Position numbers and translations under genes: made by a program. Under the pieces are notes generated by a model that did not search any database, was not told the DNA's origin, and worked only from the letters and a program-made list of their open reading frames with translations. From an uncultured Nitrospinota bacterium (GTDB lineage: Bacteria > Tectomicrobia > Entotheonellia > J063 > CAVPRW01): DNA of 64,000 nt. How positions within the stretch are numbered: the stretch's first letter is position 1; each line of letters opens with the position of its first letter. Of the stretch, positions 60,592 to 64,000 are shown in pieces. Location: NCBI GenBank assembly GCA_963707985.1, contig CAVPRW010000017.1:96001-160000 (forward strand). Direction: 5' to 3'.

Positions 60592-62796
60592 ATGGGGAAG
60601 CCCGTGTTGATGGGTCTGGGCTGTACGTTTATCTTTGCTCTGGTCGTTCTAGGCGCGTGTACCAATAATCCTTACCGATCCAGTGAAGCAGGGCGGAACA
60701 TCTATTACGATACGTTTCACGAAGAGCCGAAGCACCTGGACCCGGCCCGGGCCTATTCTACTGACGAATACCTGTTGATCAACCAGATCTACGAACCGGT
60801 TGTGCAGTACCACTACCTGCAGCAACCATACACGCTGGTCCCTCTCACCGCGGAGTCTGTCCCGGTACCGCAGCCTCACGACAAAGACGGTCAAGCCCTC
60901 TCCCCCAATGACCCGGCCGCGGACGTGGCAGGCGTCGTCTATGAGATCAGGTTGCGTCCTGGTATCCAGTATCAGGACCATGCCAGTTTTGCACAGGCGC
61001 AGGACGGTACGTACCTCTGGCATCTACCGCCAGGAGCGTCATTCCCGCCCGTCGAGCATCCGGACGCACTGCCAGCCAAGGGCACACGGGAGCTGCGTGC
61101 AGCAGACTACGTTTACCAGATCAAACGTCTGGCGCATCCCCTGATCGAGTGCCCAATTTTTCCCCTGCTGGCGAACTATATCGAGGGCTTTACGGCATTT
61201 CGCCAGATACTCGCGGCGGAGATCGCGCAGACCCGTGCTGCACGTCGGCAGGCCGCAGGAGTATTCTATAACCAGGAGGCCGATGAGCGCACGAACCCGA
61301 TCTTTATTGATCTGCGGCAGTACGATCTCTCGGGTGTGAAAATCGTCGATGATCTGACGTTTCGCCTCACACTGACGAAACCATATCCGCAGTTTCTCTA
61401 CTGGTTAGCCATGCCCTTCTTTGCTCCCATGCCTTGGGAGGTCGACCGCTTTTACACACAGTCGGCTGCCGCGGCGCGAAATCTCACTCTCGATCGCTTC
61501 CCGGTGGGGACAGGCCCGTTCACACTGGCGGTCTATCAGCCAAACTACCGCATCGTGCTGCAGCGCAATGCGCATGTTCATCCAGAAACATATCCTACCG
61601 AAGGCTCTCCTGAGAATGCCGCACGTGGGCTCTTGGCCGACCGGGGGAAACCCCTGCCGTTCCTCGAAGAGGCCGTCTATATGCTCGAGAAGGAAAGTGT
61701 GCCGCGTTGGAATAAATTTCTGCAAGGCTACTACGATGACTCCGGCATCAGTTCCGATGTGTTCGACCAGGCTGTCCGGATATCGGCCGCAGGGGCTGCG
61801 GATCTCACCGACACCTTGCGCACCAAGGGCATCCGCCTGGAGACCGAGGTCGCACCAACGACGTTCTACTATGCCTTCAACATGCTCGATGATGTTGTCG
61901 GCGGCTACGACATGAACAAGCGCAAGCTTCGTCAGGCGCTGTCGATCGCGCTCAATATCGAGGAGTACATTCAGATCTTTCGGAACGGTCGGGGCATTGC
62001 CGCGCAGAGTCCCATTCCTCCGGGCATCTTCGGGTATCAGGATGGCCCCGAGGGGATCAACCCCAACATCTATGAGTGGGATGAGCAGCTCAGAAGCCCG
62101 CGCCGCAAGGACCTCAAGACCGCCAAGAGACTCCTCGCTGAGGCGGGCTACGGTGACGGCAAACCCCTCGTGCTCTTCTTCGACACCGTGGCTGGCGGTC
62201 CCGAGTCCAAAGCGTTCCTCGATTGGTTGCGGAAGCAGTTTGCCGCGATTGGCGTGCAGCTCCAGGTGCGCACCACGGACTACAATCAATTTCAAACAAA
62301 AGTCCTGCAAGGGAATTTTCAACTGATTCAATGGGGCTGGAATGCGGATTACCCGGATCCGGAAAACTTTCTGTTCCTACTATACGGTCCGAACGCGAAG
62401 GTCACGTCCCAGGGTGAGAATGCCGCGAATTACGATAATCCCCAATTTAACCAACTGTTTCACCGCGCGGAGAACATGGTCAATTCGGCAGAGCGTGCCG
62501 TCCTGATCCGGGAAATGCTCGCCATTGCTCAGGCCGACGCGCCCTGGATTTGGGGCTTTCATGCGGTGGACTACGGACTCTACCATGCCTGGCAGCACAA
62601 TACGAAGCCCCTTACCTTTGGCGGCAACACCCTGAAATACAAACGTATCGATCCAGACCTTCGCGAACAGAGCCGGAGGGCTTGGAATCAGCCGATCACC
62701 GCACCACTCTGGGGAGCGTTGGCGGTGCTGGTTTTAACCACGATTCCGGCGACCATAAGTATTTACAGACGACAACGCCGGGTGCCCCAACCATGA
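60592..62796 (+). CDS. ABC transporter substrate-binding lipoprotein, family 5, with a C-terminal TM helix
   Basis: Lipobox LGAC; PKHLDPA, PVGTGPF and GWNADYPDPENFL motifs. Confidence 0.92.
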   Translation: MGKPVLMGLGCTFIFALVVLGACTNNPYRSSEAGRNIYYDTFHEEPKHLDPARAYSTDEYLLINQIYEPVVQYHYLQQPYTLVPLTAESVPVPQPHDKDGQALSPNDPAADVAGVVYEIRLRPGIQYQDHASFAQAQDGTYLWHLPPGASFPPVEHPDALPAKGTRELRAADYVYQIKRLAHPLIECPIFPLLANYIEGFTAFRQILAAEIAQTRAARRQAAGVFYNQEADERTNPIFIDLRQYDLSGVKIVDDLTFRLTLTKPYPQFLYWLAMPFFAPMPWEVDRFYTQSAAAARNLTLDRFPVGTGPFTLAVYQPNYRIVLQRNAHVHPETYPTEGSPENAARGLLADRGKPLPFLEEAVYMLEKESVPRWNKFLQGYYDDSGISSDVFDQAVRISAAGAADLTDTLRTKGIRLETEVAPTTFYYAFNMLDDVVGGYDMNKRKLRQALSIALNIEEYIQIFRNGRGIAAQSPIPPGIFGYQDGPEGINPNIYEWDEQLRSPRRKDLKTAKRLLAEAGYGDGKPLVLFFDTVAGGPESKAFLDWLRKQFAAIGVQLQVRTTDYNQFQTKVLQGNFQLIQWGWNADYPDPENFLFLLYGPNAKVTSQGENAANYDNPQFNQLFHRAENMVNSAERAVLIREMLAIAQADAPWIWGFHAVDYGLYHAWQHNTKPLTFGGNTLKYKRIDPDLREQSRRAWNQPITAPLWGALAVLVLTTIPATISIYRRQRRVPQP

Positions 62797-64000
62797 TGAC
62801 GTATATCATCCGCCGCTGTCTCTATGCTATTCCGGTGCTGTTCGGTGTGAATGTCCTGGTATTTATCCTGTTCTTCTTCGTCAATTCTCCAGACCAGATG
62901 GCGCGCGCACACCTGGGCCAGAAGCGGGTGACGCCGGAACAAGTCGATGCGTGGAAGCGCGAGCGCTTACTGCATCTGCCCTATTTTTACAATGCTGGCT
63001 GGCGCCGTATCGGCTCTCTACCAGCCGTTGAGAGCGACAATACGGCCGAGTTTCCCACCGCGGGTAGCGGTGAGTACGCGCTTGTAATCGAAGCCCCTGC
63101 CACGCAAAAAGCTTTGCCGCAGCGCACCGTGCGGCTGCAAAGCTCGTCACCGGAGCGGCTCATCCTGCCCGCAGACTTCGACGTGCACGGCACGCTGAGC
63201 CTCTCATCCGATACGCCGACACGTCGCTTATTGCTGCACCTCACGCCCGGAGAATCACGCCCACCACCGGTGCTGCGCATTACTTTCACGCTCGAGGCCC
63301 CGGCCCCAACGCACCGCGTCTTACTGGAATACAAGGAGCCACTACCTCTCGTGTCCCGCTTGACACAGACGATCTTCTTCCAGCGCTCGGTGAAGATGTT
63401 AGCGTTTCAGTATGGTACCTCGGACGATGGCAAAGACATCGGGGCTGAAATCCTCAAGCGCATCGGCCCGAGTTTGAGCATCACCGTGCCGGCTTTTGTC
63501 CTGGGCTTATGCCTTGAGATTGTCCTGGCCATGGGGATTGCCGTGTACCGGGGGACATATGTCGATTACTGGGGGCTCATCGTCTGTGTGCTCATGATGT
63601 CGATCTCGACTCTCTTTTATATCATGGGTGGCCAGGTGGTGCTGGGGCAGCTCTTACGCCTTGTGCCGATCTCGGGGTTCGACTTCGGCCCATATGGAGT
63701 GAAGTTCATTGCACTCCCTGTGATTATCGCCGTCTTTGCCGGGCTGGGGGGTAACGTGCGCTTTTACCGCACGATCTTTTTGGAAGAAATGCAGCGTGAC
63801 TACGTGCGCACGGCGCGCGCCAAAGGCATGCCAGAGTCGACCGTGCTCTTTATCCACGCCTTGAAGAACGCCATGATTCCCATTCTGACCGGGGTGGTCG
63901 TCAGTCTGCCCTTTCTGTTTGCCGGGAGTCTCTTGCTGGAATCGTTCTTCGCGATTCCAGGGATGGGTTCATTCATGCTTGAAGCCATCCAGCGCCAGGA
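62793..64000 (+). CDS. ABC transporter permease (OppB/DppB-like), runs off the window
   Basis: MMTYIIRRCLYAIPVLFGV; DYVRTARAKG..HALKNAMIPI (EAA loop); LLLESFFAIPGMG. Confidence 0.92.
   Translation, partial: MMTYIIRRCLYAIPVLFGVNVLVFILFFFVNSPDQMARAHLGQKRVTPEQVDAWKRERLLHLPYFYNAGWRRIGSLPAVESDNTAEFPTAGSGEYALVIEAPATQKALPQRTVRLQSSSPERLILPADFDVHGTLSLSSDTPTRRLLLHLTPGESRPPPVLRITFTLEAPAPTHRVLLEYKEPLPLVSRLTQTIFFQRSVKMLAFQYGTSDDGKDIGAEILKRIGPSLSITVPAFVLGLCLEIVLAMGIAVYRGTYVDYWGLIVCVLMMSISTLFYIMGGQVVLGQLLRLVPISGFDFGPYGVKFIALPVIIAVFAGLGGNVRFYRTIFLEEMQRDYVRTARAKGMPESTVLFIHALKNAMIPILTGVVVSLPFLFAGSLLLESFFAIPGMGSFMLEAIQRQ

Noticed and set aside
1..64000. tRNA, rRNA, retron or group II intron
   Set aside because: No cloverleaf, rRNA-like or reverse-transcriptase (YxDD) signatures were recognised by eye; short RNAs could still have been missed.

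Overview
GC-rich bacterial window; the gene repertoire (family-5 ABC binding proteins, NHL-repeat proteins, amidohydrolases, DUF1800/DUF1501) resembles Candidatus Tectomicrobia/Entotheonella-type genomes, which is inference only. 0.1-6.6 kb: a frameshifted secreted repeat protein, a truncated nuclease-like gene, nested decayed IS elements, a DUF5678/aspartyl-protease pair and a 69-bp MITE. 6.6-11 kb: metabolic genes. 11-37.5 kb: a ~26.5-kb defence island bracketed by 442-bp direct repeats that each carry an ABM monooxygenase gene. It holds a damaged type-1-like BREX locus (brxA, brxB, truncated brxC, two pglX fragments, pglZ, internally deleted brxL) with a class II DISARM-like cassette nested inside it (HhH-GPD glycosylase/C5-methyltransferase fusion, drmE-like, drmA, drmB, drmC), several toxin-antitoxin genes and two IS elements. 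38-51 kb: metabolic genes. 51-56.6 kb: a co-oriented cluster encoding a tail-collar protein, a gingipain-like C25 protease, a PqqD/RRE domain fused to a twin-Arg leader and a six-Cys knottin-like core, DUF6916 and a GNAT; this is my best candidate for an undescribed peptide (RiPP-like) system. 57-64 kb: catabolic genes and an ABC peptide transporter. Decayed elements show a strong A:T->C:G substitution bias. Several single-base frameshifts fall in or next to short homopolymers and may be long-read consensus errors. All family assignments come from motif recognition, not database searches.
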